DNA from: Adineta vaga
Taxonomy: Eukaryota > Animalia > Rotifera
Reading direction: 5' to 3'
NCBI GenBank assembly: GCA_021613535.1
Contig: CP075494.1
Location: 12,152,001-12,216,000 of the forward strand
Length of the DNA stretch: 64,000 bases
Part shown: in pieces, positions 14,556 to 27,032 of the stretch
Position numbering within the stretch: position 1 is the stretch's first letter
How the letters are laid out: the number at the start of each line of letters is the position of its first letter
Made by a program: the position numbers and the translations under genes
The notes under the pieces: generated by a model
Database searches by the model: none
Told to the model about the DNA's origin: nothing
Seen by the model: only the letters and a program-made list of their open reading frames with translations

Positions 14556-17500
14556 ATGGTTGATTGTCTTTCATGGCATAGTTTTTATGGAAGTTTACGT
14601 TCATCAAAATCCTATGTAAAAGGAAATCGAATTTTATCAAAACCTACCATCGGTAAAAGTAAGTTATATATGTGAATATTGAATTTCTTTCGTTCACTTT
14701 CAATATTAACCGGAAGTATTGTTACGATCGTTATCGATCTCAAAAACAACAACAACAATAACACTAGCCTTCGTTTACAGACGAACGAAAGAAAGAGTTG
14801 ATCCGATTTAATCAATTCAGTTGATCATCTTCGTTTCGTTCGCCTTGCCCGCCCGATCGTCGTAATTATTTTTCTTTTCTTATATTCGTAAAGATTAATA
14901 CTGTACATAAAGAAATGAGAAGCTTAGCATCATGTCATTGTTATAAACTTTAACTTGTCTTTGAACAGAAATAAGAACTATTCAATAGTCTAGTTGTTCA
15001 GATGTCAATGGAAAGCATTGAACATAGTTCGTATAGTTACTATGATTTACATGAGAAGATTGCACTTGTTTCATTATTAAAAAGTGAAATGAGAAAACAT
15101 ACGTCCTCGAATTATTTATCTGGTAGTTTTGAAATTTGAATTCATTTGTTTATTTTTTTTTCATTTTATCTCTTGTCTTTAGGTAATCTCAGTTTTACAA
15201 ATCATGATACACAATTAGACAAGAAACAATGTAATAGCAATAATAACAATAATAATGGAACACTACAATCAGCTGATGAATCGAATGTTTTCCTTGAATT
15301 TTTTATATTCAATATCAGTCGTGAACGAAGTATTCATTTGTGTAAAAATACAAATGATAAACGATTATTGAGTTTTTATAATATTTCCAATGGATTATAT
15401 AAGAATGGTGTTCGAAATGGTAAGTAATCTATATATTCGATTATCTTCTTGCGTATTTGGCGACATGAATTTGTCATTGAAGTCAATATCATAATGTGAT
15501 TTAGCCCTAGAATATCGTTAAAATACTATGTTAAGGATGAATGATTTTTATTCCTTTTTTTTTTCGTATTCTTACATACGGTTCGCGAGAGAAGAACGCT
15601 TTTTTTTTCGTCGCGACTTTGTCAGAGAATACAGTTGATACGTGTGTGTGTGTATGCATCTTCATCGAACCGTGGAAAAATAACCGTATATACATTAGAA
15701 TACTCTGCAATATACATTTGTTCGTTGTAAGATAAAAATGATTCGATTAAATATCATGCATTTTACAAGAAGATTACGAGCAACACCAATTGGACGACAA
15801 GTTTTTTCACGACTAGCCAATCCAAGATATCGATTATTACTTCTGATAGTACTCGTAGCTTTTATTTCTCGCTCACATTTTCGTACATCGGATTTGGGAC
15901 CACAAACATTAGTTCTTGGAGAAGAACGACGTTTATCAATACGTTTATTCAAAGAAGATGATGCAGAACGAACAACATTACGTCCATTTCGTATTTTAAG
16001 TGGATCTTTACATTATTTTCGTGTGGTACCACAATCATGGGAAGATCGAATTGTTTTAATGAAAGAAGCTGGTTTAAATACAGTCGAAACATTTGTTCCA
16101 TGGAATGTTCATGAACGTGACGTAGGAAAATTTCAATTTGATAATTTAATTAAATTCTTAGAATTAATTCATCAAAAAGAAATGTTTACAATTATTCGTC
16201 CTTCACGTAAGTTCAATTGAATTTTTTTGTTGATTTTTATATGAGTTTGAAATGATGAAGGACATATGATAGGTATATGTACATGATTCATCAATGAAAG
16301 ACAAAGATATCAGAACATGATTTTGTAAAAATTAACGCTTTGATGTACCGTGTCACGAAGAGCAAAAGAAAAATTTTCCATATTTTTCTTACCTTGTCGA
16401 AGTTAATGAATTTTTTTTTGTTTGTTTTTAGCTTATATTGGAGCTGAATGGGATTTTGGTGGTTTACCTAGTTGGTTATTACATGATAATGAAATGATTG
16501 TTCGTAGTACTTATCCTGCTTTTATAGAAGCTGTAGAAAGGTACTATGATGCTTTACTACCTATTTTAGCCAAATATCAATATAATCGTCGTAATGGTGG
16601 TTCAATTATTGCCTTTCAAATTGAGCATGAATATGGAAGCTATGGTCAAGATAAAAGTTATTTAGAAAGACTTCGTTCAATGTATACAAAACATGGTTTA
16701 GATGAAATCTTTTTTACATCAGATGCACCACGAGTTCTTCAACATGGAACATTAGATAATGTATGGGCGACAGTAAATTTTCAACGAGAAATTACGACAC
16801 GTGTAGATAAATTAGTCGAATTTCGTTCTGAAGCACATGTTATGATTGCAGAATATTGGACGGGATGGTTCGATCAATGGGGTAAACCACATCGTACTGG
16901 AGATCAAACATCTTACGATGCCGATGAATTAGAATTAGATGTAGAAGAAATTCTTTTGACAGCACAATATGAAATCTCTGTGAATTTCTACATGTTTTGT
17001 GGTGGTACAAATTTCGGTTTTACAGCTGGAGCAAATCATTTTCAATTGAAACATTTCGTTTCATCAACAACATCATTTGATTATGATGCACCGGTCAGTG
17101 AATCAGGAGATGTGACAAGAAAATATCATGCAATACGTAATGTTATCAAGAAATTCTATGAACAAAATCCGACACTAATTATTTTCAATAATGAACGTGC
17201 AGCTGCTGATACATTCGATCCAAAAGATATAACTGATCCAAAAAAGATTGCATATGGAAAAGTAAAAATAACAGATTATAAATCTTTTGAACAACTTCTC
17301 GAGGATCCATCCATAGGACATAAGTATGAATCTGACGCAGGACCATTAGGAATGGAAGATTTGAAAAAGAATGCTACATCAGAAGGATTTATTGTTTATA
17401 CAAATGATGAAATTCCTGCACTTATTCAAGCAGCTGATAAACATACGATATCGATACCTGAAGTTGCTGATAGTGTAACAATTTTAGTCGATGGTGAAAA

Positions 17501-20500
17501 TGTTTTCTATGCTAATCAAACTTCATACGCTGTTGAAAGTGAGATTCCAGCAGAAACAAAAAAAGTAACGGTTTTCGTGGAAAATCTTGGACGAATCAGT
17601 TATGGACCTGGATTGGATTATAGTCGAAAAGGAATACTGAATAATGTTTTGTTGGATGCGAAAATTGAATTGAAAAAATGGACTATGGTTTTATTAGAAT
17701 TTAATCGTGGTTTAGCGAGTGTAACCGATTGGAAACCATTCGTTCGAAGTGAAGATAGTACTACAAGTCATCTTGCTCGTGGCCCAAAATTATTTCGTGG
17801 ATCATTTACAATAGAAGAAGCACAGGAGATTGAAGACACATTTCTTTACATGGGTACACGTTGGGGTAAAGGCATAGCTTTTATCAATGGTCATAATTTA
17901 GGAAGATATTGGAAAATTGGTCCACAAAAAACATTATACATTCCCAAACATTTCCTTATTAAAGGAATAAATTATCTTTATTTATTTGAAACACATCATT
18001 ATGGGCAAGAAGTTAAACTTGTTGATAAACCAGTTGTTGCAACATAATATGGCGATTTCTCTGGAACATATTTTGCGCTTCTATCTATGTGTTTTTGCTT
18101 GATTTTTGTTAGAATTTTTTTTTGCGATCTTTTTAAGAATAAGTATATTACTCTATATCGTTCTTTATACGCTTTTCAATTGAAGTTTAACTTATTGAGA
18201 CTTTCGTAGACTATGACAAATCGATAGGAATCTATAGAATAAAAATATATTTTTTTGTTTTTCAGGTGATATTTTAATATTTCTCAATGGCACGAATATA
18301 ATCAAACCACCAATTGCATTAACGATTGATCGTGTTAAATCGGAATTTACGGCTTTACGACGACAAAATAAACCAATTCAAATTGGCATATGTCGTTGTG
18401 TTGATCGTTCAATTTTTAATAATGCAACTGTTCAACATTTAGGTTCATTAACAATACATGAATTTGAAAATTTATCTCGTCATGAAGAATCCAATGAAAT
18501 ACATAAATCAACAACAATTGTACATAGTGAATCAAAGAAACTATTAAGTTTATTTTCAAATAAAAAGAAATTAATTTCAAATGGAAAACGAAAATCTATT
18601 TTAGATAAAACTAATGAAATTGATCGTAAGTATAGTTTAAATTTAAATGAATAATTTTAAATAACATTGTTTGATGTTCATAGAACGAAATCTCTCTTCA
18701 AATTCTATGAAACATGAAAATGAAATTTTAACAGTGAAAACAAATGAAGATAAGAATTCATTCATTACACAACAATCAACGAAAAAAACAATAGAACATG
18801 TTGATACTCATACTGACAAGGAATCAAAAGAAAGGTTAGTAAATGAATTTACGGATATTTTATTTCATAGTTTTTATTTCAGCACTTCAAATCGAAATTT
18901 ATCAACACAGATTTTTACTGATGCATGTTTTATCTATCGTCGTCAAGTTATCAAACATCCTCAAGATACCAATGCAATGATTCTTCGTGGTCGCGAAATA
19001 GCTCATGAAGCTGCTAATTCACCAACTATTCCATCTTCTATGCCAAATTATAGTCACGATCAAATTCGTGAACTTTACGGTGAAATCGATAAGAAAACAC
19101 GTCGTTTAAAAGAAAATCAATATATTTTTCATACACCAATGATTGATGCTTGGAACGAAACACCACCTTGGAGTGTATCATCAACATCATCATTGATTCC
19201 AAATCAATGTCCTTTACCAAAATTTCGTTTAGATAAGAATGATGAAACAATATTTATGGCAACATATTTTTCCACAGGTTTAAGTAATCGACGAACTCTT
19301 TCGACTACCGATGATAAAGATATCATTCGTGGAAGTTTTCGTACATCCGTTGGAGAACGTACAAGTGTTAGTCCATCACCTTTGTTACTTAATGTTCGTT
19401 TTGATTATAAGAAATTGAATTCACCAGAAATGATTGCGAAAGATGAATCAAATGTTATTCCAGATTATATTCAATCATATTCTACCGAACAATCCACGGA
19501 ACCATTGAATCATGTAAGTCGATCGATTCATTCAACAAAATACAAAAAGTTTGTTTTCTTTTTAGATCAATTCATCATCATCATCAAAACTTGATCCATT
19601 AGCAACAAAAAATGTCGAGACGATGGATATTGATAGTTTAATTGATCTTGATGATCAAACAGCTATATCTTATCATACAGATAAAGAATCTCAAATGGAT
19701 CTCGAACTTGATTCGTTATTTTCTCGAAAAAATCAACCGACAACTTGTGTTCATTCACAATCAATCGATGTTACTCCACGAATGAAACCGAATGATCTAT
19801 TTAAGACCATCACATCACCAGATGATAGTTGTTATTATGATGCATTAACATCTTCGATTCAATCAAGTATATTTTCAGATAATTTTTTTGAACAAGTTGA
19901 AACACTCAATCATATCAATAAAATTGAAAAACTATCATCAAAACAAATCGACGGAGATGTATCAATTGATAATCTTAGTGAAATTATTCGAGAAATAAAT
20001 CAAACTCCATCATGTATCAATCATCTTGTTTTTGCTTATGATCATCAATCGATTCAACCGCAAGGAGCTGATGCTGTATCAAATGATCAAATGGAAATAA
20101 CAAATACTAAGACTTTATCTCAACAATCTTCTATAGAACCTGAAATCCCTTCAACAAATACTAATATCTATCAAGAATCATTATCATCAGATGATGAGAA
20201 TAATTATCGTCAAATTACAAGTGATATTGATGAAGATTTTGAAGAATTATATCAACGATATTTAACTAATCTTAATCAATATCAAAAAATCTTAGAACAA
20301 ATTGATCAAGTGGAACAAAAATTATCACCAATTGATGAAGAGATCAATTCAATGAATGAACATGTTTCCAAGAATCAAACACAACTCAATTCATCGAATG
20401 TAATATTATCTGTTAAACGACAAAGCAATCATATTGGTCATTATGGATTTGAATTAGAACAAACATTCGAAGGAAAAATCAAGATTTCTTCGATAATTGA

Positions 20501-20858
20501 TTCAACCTATTGTCCAAATTTAAATGTAGGCGATGAAATACTTGGTATTAATAATATTGCTACATTAACAATACTTGAACAATATTATTTATTATTCAAT
20601 ACATTATGGCATAATCAATATGAATACATCGATTTAACTATTAAGAAAACAGGTAGATGATTAAAAACTGAATCTAATCAAGATGCATAGTTTATTCTGA
20701 TGATATTGATATTTGAATCTTTATTTTCAGTCTCTTCATCGACTCTACCACATTCCAATATTCTTTCATGGTCAATACCAAAAGTCGAATCAGGTAAAAA
20801 TCACTGCGGTTTTTGTTTCTTTCATGATGGAGATTCTATTGACTACCGACAACCTTGA
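14556..20858 (+). CDS. Uncharacterised two-PDZ-domain protein (~912 aa); exons 14556-14652, 15183-15419, 18266-18625, 18684-19513, 19566-20652, 20731-20858
   Basis: All junctions are GT-AG and phase-compatible with no stops. The exon 2/3 junction rebuilds the PDZ signature GVRNG|DILIFLNG. A second PDZ near the C-terminus reads GHYGFEL..IKISSI..LNVGDEILGINN. Confidence 0.75.
15738..18047 (+). CDS. GH35 beta-galactosidase (GLB1-like) with N-terminal signal anchor, ~694 aa, single intron 16207-16431; nested in an intron of the PDZ gene
   Basis: SGSLHYFR, GLNTVETFVPWNVHE, RPSPYIGAEWDFGGLPSWL, QIEHEYG (acid/base), AEYWTGWFDQWG (nucleophile), YMFCGGTNFG, FDYDAP, WGKG.AFINGHNLGRYWKIGPQKTLYIP. Confidence 0.95.
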
Positions 20859-21031
20859 CTATATCGTATTGTTTCTCATAAAAACTACAAAATAATTTGT
20901 AATAATATGTCGATTTACAAATTTTTGATGAAAGATTAAATGAATACTTTCGCATATACTTAGTGTCCTTTCTCTTTCCATTTGCTTGTCTATATATATG
21001 CAAGATCTTTTTCACATTCGAATCATACAAA

Positions 21032-22546
21032 ATGCCAACCATCTACGATATTCAACGCGAAGAAACTTATACAGGAGAACCACGCACAGTTTCGAACTAT
21101 GATACATATAGTTCAGGAGATACAGCTGTTGGCTATATGTCAGCAATAACACCACGTCAGATTATTGTAACTCGGCCAGTAAAAAATTTAGGTGGGGGAA
21201 ATCGTAGTGTAACATCGAAAATGACTGTTTCACAATCGATGTCGAGTAATGCAATGCCATTACGAAGTGCAAGTGTTGGACATTTAGCTTTGGTTCCATT
21301 TAATAGTCAACGTACGGAAGAAAAACGACAATTGGCAGAATTAAATGATCGATTTGCAGAATATATCGGCAAAATTCGATATTTAGAAGCTGTCAATCGT
21401 AAACTTAGTCGTGATTTGGATAATATTCGAAATAAAAAGGGTATCGGTTTACAACGTATACAAGAAATCATTGCACGAGAAAAACGAGAAGCCGAAGATA
21501 CATTAAAACGTATGGATGATGATATACGTTCTGGACAAAGTAAACGACAAGAAGCTGAAACACGTTTAAAACAAGCTGAACAACGTTTAACCAATGCACA
21601 ACGACCTGATCAAATAAATAGTGCGAAAGATCAATTACGGCAATTACGAGAAAAAATTCTTGATCTTGAAAAAAAAATTGAATTAATTCGAAAAATAATT
21701 GCTGATAATGATGAAGAAATAGCACTCTACAATGCTGAATTACAAAGAATTCGATCGGATATTGCTAATCTTATAACTGAAATAGCAAACGAAGCAACAC
21801 AAAAACAATTACTTATGGCAGAAAAAAGTGTTCTTGAACAAGAATTAAAAGCGATTGATACGGCACATAAATTTGATGTTGAACAACTTCGTTCAAAAGT
21901 TGCCATTGCTAATGTTGATCCTGCACCATTCTTTGAAAGTGAATTAACTTCAGCTATACGTGATATACGTAAACAATTTGAAAATATTACTGATCAACAA
22001 CAACAACAATTACAAAATTATTATCAAGCAAAAGTAAGTGCACTGATTGAATATCATCAACCGAAGCAACCCGTCGAATCTCAATGGCAAACTGAAAAAA
22101 TTCGTGAAATAACTCGTAGTATGACTGATATACGTGGACGAGTGAATAATTTACAAATGGAAAATCAAGATCTCGATCGACAAATAGCTGATATACGGCA
22201 ACAAATTCAATCATCAACATATCATGATGATCAACATTTACTTAGTGAACAAAAACGTTATCGAGAAGAGATCGATCGTTTGAAAGGTTATATTAATGAT
22301 TTAGAAAAATATCGTACAACATTAGAAGAAGAAATACGACGATATCGATTGTTATTAGAAGGTGGTACGAATCAAGTTGGTCTACGACATTTTGCTGAAG
22401 AAGCAGAAAAAATTATGAATCGAGGAAGATCATTATTAGATTCAATGAATTTACGTTTAGTGAAAAATTCATCTTTACCAAGTAGTTCACATAATGTTCG
22501 TGAAGTCACCTACTCAAAAACGTATTCATCTGCTGGAGGTGGCTAA
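21032..22546 (+). CDS. Intermediate filament protein 1 (intronless CDS, ~504 aa, no lamin-tail domain)
   Basis: Coil 1A EKRQLAELNDRFAEYIGKIRYLEAVNRKL; rod end LEEEIRRYRLLLEG; TATA-like tract near 20991; ATG at 21032. Confidence 0.92.
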   Translation: MPTIYDIQREETYTGEPRTVSNYDTYSSGDTAVGYMSAITPRQIIVTRPVKNLGGGNRSVTSKMTVSQSMSSNAMPLRSASVGHLALVPFNSQRTEEKRQLAELNDRFAEYIGKIRYLEAVNRKLSRDLDNIRNKKGIGLQRIQEIIAREKREAEDTLKRMDDDIRSGQSKRQEAETRLKQAEQRLTNAQRPDQINSAKDQLRQLREKILDLEKKIELIRKIIADNDEEIALYNAELQRIRSDIANLITEIANEATQKQLLMAEKSVLEQELKAIDTAHKFDVEQLRSKVAIANVDPAPFFESELTSAIRDIRKQFENITDQQQQQLQNYYQAKVSALIEYHQPKQPVESQWQTEKIREITRSMTDIRGRVNNLQMENQDLDRQIADIRQQIQSSTYHDDQHLLSEQKRYREEIDRLKGYINDLEKYRTTLEEEIRRYRLLLEGGTNQVGLRHFAEEAEKIMNRGRSLLDSMNLRLVKNSSLPSSSHNVREVTYSKTYSSAGGG

Positions 22547-23332
22547 TCATATGCCAAAATTCATATTCGCAAAATAAAAAGAACAAAATAATATTTTCTA
22601 GTTTGAATAATAATTTTCCCTTCACCTTCCCTATATAATCTTAACATCAATAAATACATATATATATATATAAATATATATCTGCATATTTAATTCTTTA
22701 GTAAATATAAATTCAGGTGCGCATTTATAGTGAGTGACATATTTATTTATCGTGAGTGTGTCCTTTGTCTTGTTTTTATTATTTGCATGCATATCGAAAG
22801 CTCTCTACTTCAAACTAGACACACTATTTACTTTAAAACGGTCAAATATACATAGAACGAATAGTATTCAATTTCTTCGCTTTTACTTGATCGCTGTCGG
22901 TGTCTTTAGTATGAATTATATTGTTTGTCTCGTATGTATGCGGTCGGTTACTAACCATACAGAGAGTAAGGAGAAGAAGAAGAAGAAAAAAAAGAACAAG
23001 TAAAGATTTGTTCTTTTCATGCAAAAAGAAAAAAATAATTAAATGCGTATGCAAGACAACGGGCACGACCGATCGAAAGAAAGGGTAAAGACGAACATGT
23101 AAAGATTTCTTCGTTTTGTTCTTTCTCACCGAATCATAAATATACAGAGAACGAAAAGAAATTGATCAATAAAAGGAACATGTCTATTCATACAAAACTC
23201 ATTTCTTCTCTTTTTTCACTCTCCATATAGTCTACCTGTGTGCGTGTGTATATTCGCTTATTTTACTGATTGAATATTTTCATTTTGTTTTCAGATCTTC
23301 TCATCGACACAAATAATATTACAAACAACAAA

Positions 23333-25064
23333 ATGCAAGATTTCGATAATGACTTTACCAAGAGTAGTACCTCATCATACAGTTCATATAAATCTCAGAT
23401 TGGACCACGAACAACCAATGTTCAACGTCGTGCAGGTGGTCCACCAGGTATCATGACACGCATGTATCAATCTTATTCAACAAGTGGTGGTAGTGGTGGT
23501 TTCAGTGCTGGAGGTATGGGCGGTGGAATATCAAATTTAGCATCAATTGCAGGTCTTGGCAATTTTGCTGGTATTCCATTACGACCAAATCGTGGTTCAT
23601 CAGCATTAGTTGCTGTAAATGAAACACGTGAAAAAGAAAAACGTGAATTATGTCAATTGAACGATAAATTTGCTCAATATGTTGAAAAAGTTCGTTTTCT
23701 TGAAGCACAAAATCGTAAATTACAATTAGAATTAGAAGCTTTACAAAACAAAGCTGGACAAGGTTCATCGAAAATTAAGGAAATGTATGAAGTTGAAATG
23801 AGCGAAGCCAAAAAACTCATCGATGATACAACACGTGATCGAGCAGCAGCTGAAGTTAAAGCTCGTGATGCTGAAAAAGAAGCTGGCCGTTATCGTAAAC
23901 GTTATGAAGAAATTTTAAATAGTCGAGAAACTGATCGTTCAGCTATTGATCGTCTTCAACAACAAATTGCTGAAAATGAAGCACAAATTAATCTATTTCG
24001 TCGTCGTTTAGCTGATCTTGAAGATGAAGCACGACGTTATAAAGCTGAAACACAACGTTTAGCATCGGAAATTGCTCGTTTACAAAATGAAATTCAAAAT
24101 GAAACATTTGTTAAAAGTTCACTTGATACAGAAAAAATGGCATTAGAAGATGAATTAGCTATGTTAAAACAAATGCATGAAGCCGATCTTAATGAATTAC
24201 GTTCGAAAACAGTTGTCGATGTTAATTTAGATCCATCACATTTCTTCCGTAATGAATTAGCACAAGCTATTCGAGATATTCGTAATGAATTTGAAGCTTT
24301 AAATGATCAACAACGTGCAGATTTACACAATCGATATATGATGTCATACAATGAATTAATTCTTCGTCATCAAAAACCTGATCTTGATCCAATTCAAAGT
24401 GAACAACAACGAATTCAAGAAGAAAAATTACGTACAACTCTCTTAACGACACGTAATGAAGTTGCACATATGAAAGCACGAAATGAAGAATTAAATAATC
24501 GTATTCGAGAACTTCAACTACATATTGATCAAGAACGTGATGACGGTATGAATTGAACTTTAACGAGAGAAAAAAAACAGATTTGATTTTCTTTTCTTTG
24601 TGATATTTTTAGGTAGTCGATTAATACAAAAACGTGCATCTGAAATCGATGAATTACGTCGTAAATTAGAACAATTGAAGAAAGAATATGAAGAAGTAAC
24701 AAATATGAAGACATCATTAGAAAAAGAAATCAATACATATAGAGAATTATTAGAAGGAACAAATAATCGTGATGGTCTTAAACAAATTGTTGATCATGTC
24801 GTTGAAGAAGCTCGACGAATGGAAGCTGAACGAGCAACAGGTGGAGGTATTGCTGGTTCAATCGCATATTCAGGTGGTGGTCGTCAAACAACAATTTCAC
24901 GTACATTTATTGCAAGTAGTGGATCAAGTGCAACCAATGCAGGCATTAGCGGTATAGTTGGTAGTCCTGGTCGATCTACCGCCAGTTATAGTGGTGGACA
25001 AGGAAATGTTAGTGGATCATTTTCACAAACATCCAGCCGTCGAGAATATACAGGACCAAGTTAG
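23333..25064 (+). CDS. Intermediate filament protein 2 (~554 aa; intron 24546-24612; Gly/Ser-rich head and tail, no lamin-tail domain)
   Basis: EKRELCQLNDKFAQYVEKVRFLEAQNRKL; rod end LEKEINTYRELLEG; lamin-length coil 1B (172 residues from the LND asparagine to the MHE histidine). Confidence 0.95.
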
Positions 25065-27032
25065 AATAGAAATCCAACATTACAGTGTACGTGACTTTTT
25101 TTAGACGATTATTTAAGAATGGTTATGTTTATGTTGATTGTTTTTAGTAAGAAATGTATATGTTAGATTTTATCTGTAATCAAAGAAAAAAAGAAATAAA
25201 TATAAACATTTACACGTACTATAAAAGCATTCGATAGAATTTAATTACCTCTTCTATATTTCAACCATATATTCAAAGAAAAAAAAATATCCATCAAAGT
25301 TTAGCAGTGATCTATATATTCGAATTGTAATAACTCTTTCTATGGATCAAAAGAAAATCACTTGATGATTATGAATAGATGACAGTTTTATATGTCAATC
25401 GTTTCCTCGAAAATATCAACATGTTTGTTTTTGTGAATTTTCTTATGATAAGATTTGTTTTCTCTTCGATTTCGATTTCCAGAACGTAAATCTATAAATA
25501 CTCTTACTGATTGACAAATTGAAACAAAGAAAATATTTGTCATTCTAATAATGATATATAAATAAAAGAGAAAGGAATTGTGTTTTCCATGTATCCTGTT
25601 TGTTTCCATTCCAATGAATCGACAATATCTTCTGAATTGAAGACATACAATTATGTTGATCTTGCCTTCATCTAGAGAACAAACAGTGGAAGAAGGACAG
25701 TTGCAGGCGTGAAAGATGATAGTAGAATATGGGATGGAGACGACGTTTTTCTTCGATAAAAAGGCGACAAGACACAACTTCTTTCCTCGTTTTGTTATAT
25801 CTTGATAACGTCGTATATATGCCTACGACTATCATCATTAGTATATTGAAAAAAAAAAGAAGAGTGTTGTCCTAAAAGCACTAAACAAGTAAATACAACA
25901 AGAATTTACTGTTGTTGGCAATAATCAATAAATGAATGTGTACGCTGATTAACCACAGATATCGTAACGGTATGTTATTCGAACTAGAACTAATGAGTTA
26001 GTTATAGGGCAATATATTTGTATATTTATGAAAGAAACATTCGTACATACACTCGAGAGTATTGAATTTTCAAGCGCTGTGTAAGAACTTGTCTGTAGCG
26101 AAATAATATCAGATAAAATATCGGCATTTTTTTTCTCTAAATACTTCCGTCTGGAAAATTCTTTTCAAGATTAGCCTGATGTATAAAGATTAAGAAATTG
26201 TCTTTTATAATCATATATTGATATGTAAAATATGTTGTCAAGATCATTTCTTTGAAGACATTCTCTTAGTTGTAAGAGACGATCAAGAGAGAGAAACGAA
26301 TCTTTCCTTTTCATGTAGACAAGTAACTCATCTATCATTATCATCATCTCTCATCAAATAAAGTTCTTATATAGTAGAAAGAATATCTTGATATGTCAGC
26401 TTGTTGTTTTCTCTGTTAAGTGAAGAAAAGTTTACAATCAACTATTGGAATATAAAGACATAAATCATTGAATAGATTTGTGCTAATGAACTGCATTCTA
26501 TTATCATTTCGGCATGTCAATATCAATGTCTAAATGTTACAAAACATCTTTTGCTTTTTTTTCTTCTTCTTCTCTTCTCTTCTCTGATTGTGTATATCTC
26601 GAAGGATATAGAGAAAAATCAAATACTTGCTTTGCCAATATGAAACTAAATCATATGAATAGAAGTACTGTGTGGATAAAGAAGAAAGTAGACAATGTAT
26701 TATTTTTCTTAACGAAATTTGAACTAACTTTGTTTGCTTCGATAACATGGATATGTCACTTGTAATATAAATAAGCCATTTATAGGCTTGATGAGAAGAA
26801 AGAGAAAGAAGGATGGTATCTATTTTTCTCGATTTTCTTGGCGAGTTTCTTTTTTCCAAAGAAACTACATTCGTTATATAGATGATTTTTTACAAAGATC
26901 GGAGCATCGAGACTTTTCCAACAGAATTGAATTGAATTGAAACTATTTATATCAACAAGGCGAGTAGAAATGATTTTATTTTGAATTAATTTTCATTTCT
27001 TTTAGTTTAAGTACTTGTTAGTTGTTTAATTA

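Noticed and set aside
21307-24717. Antisense ORFs overlapping IF1 and IF2
   Set aside because: Shadow frames of biased coiled-coil codon usage.
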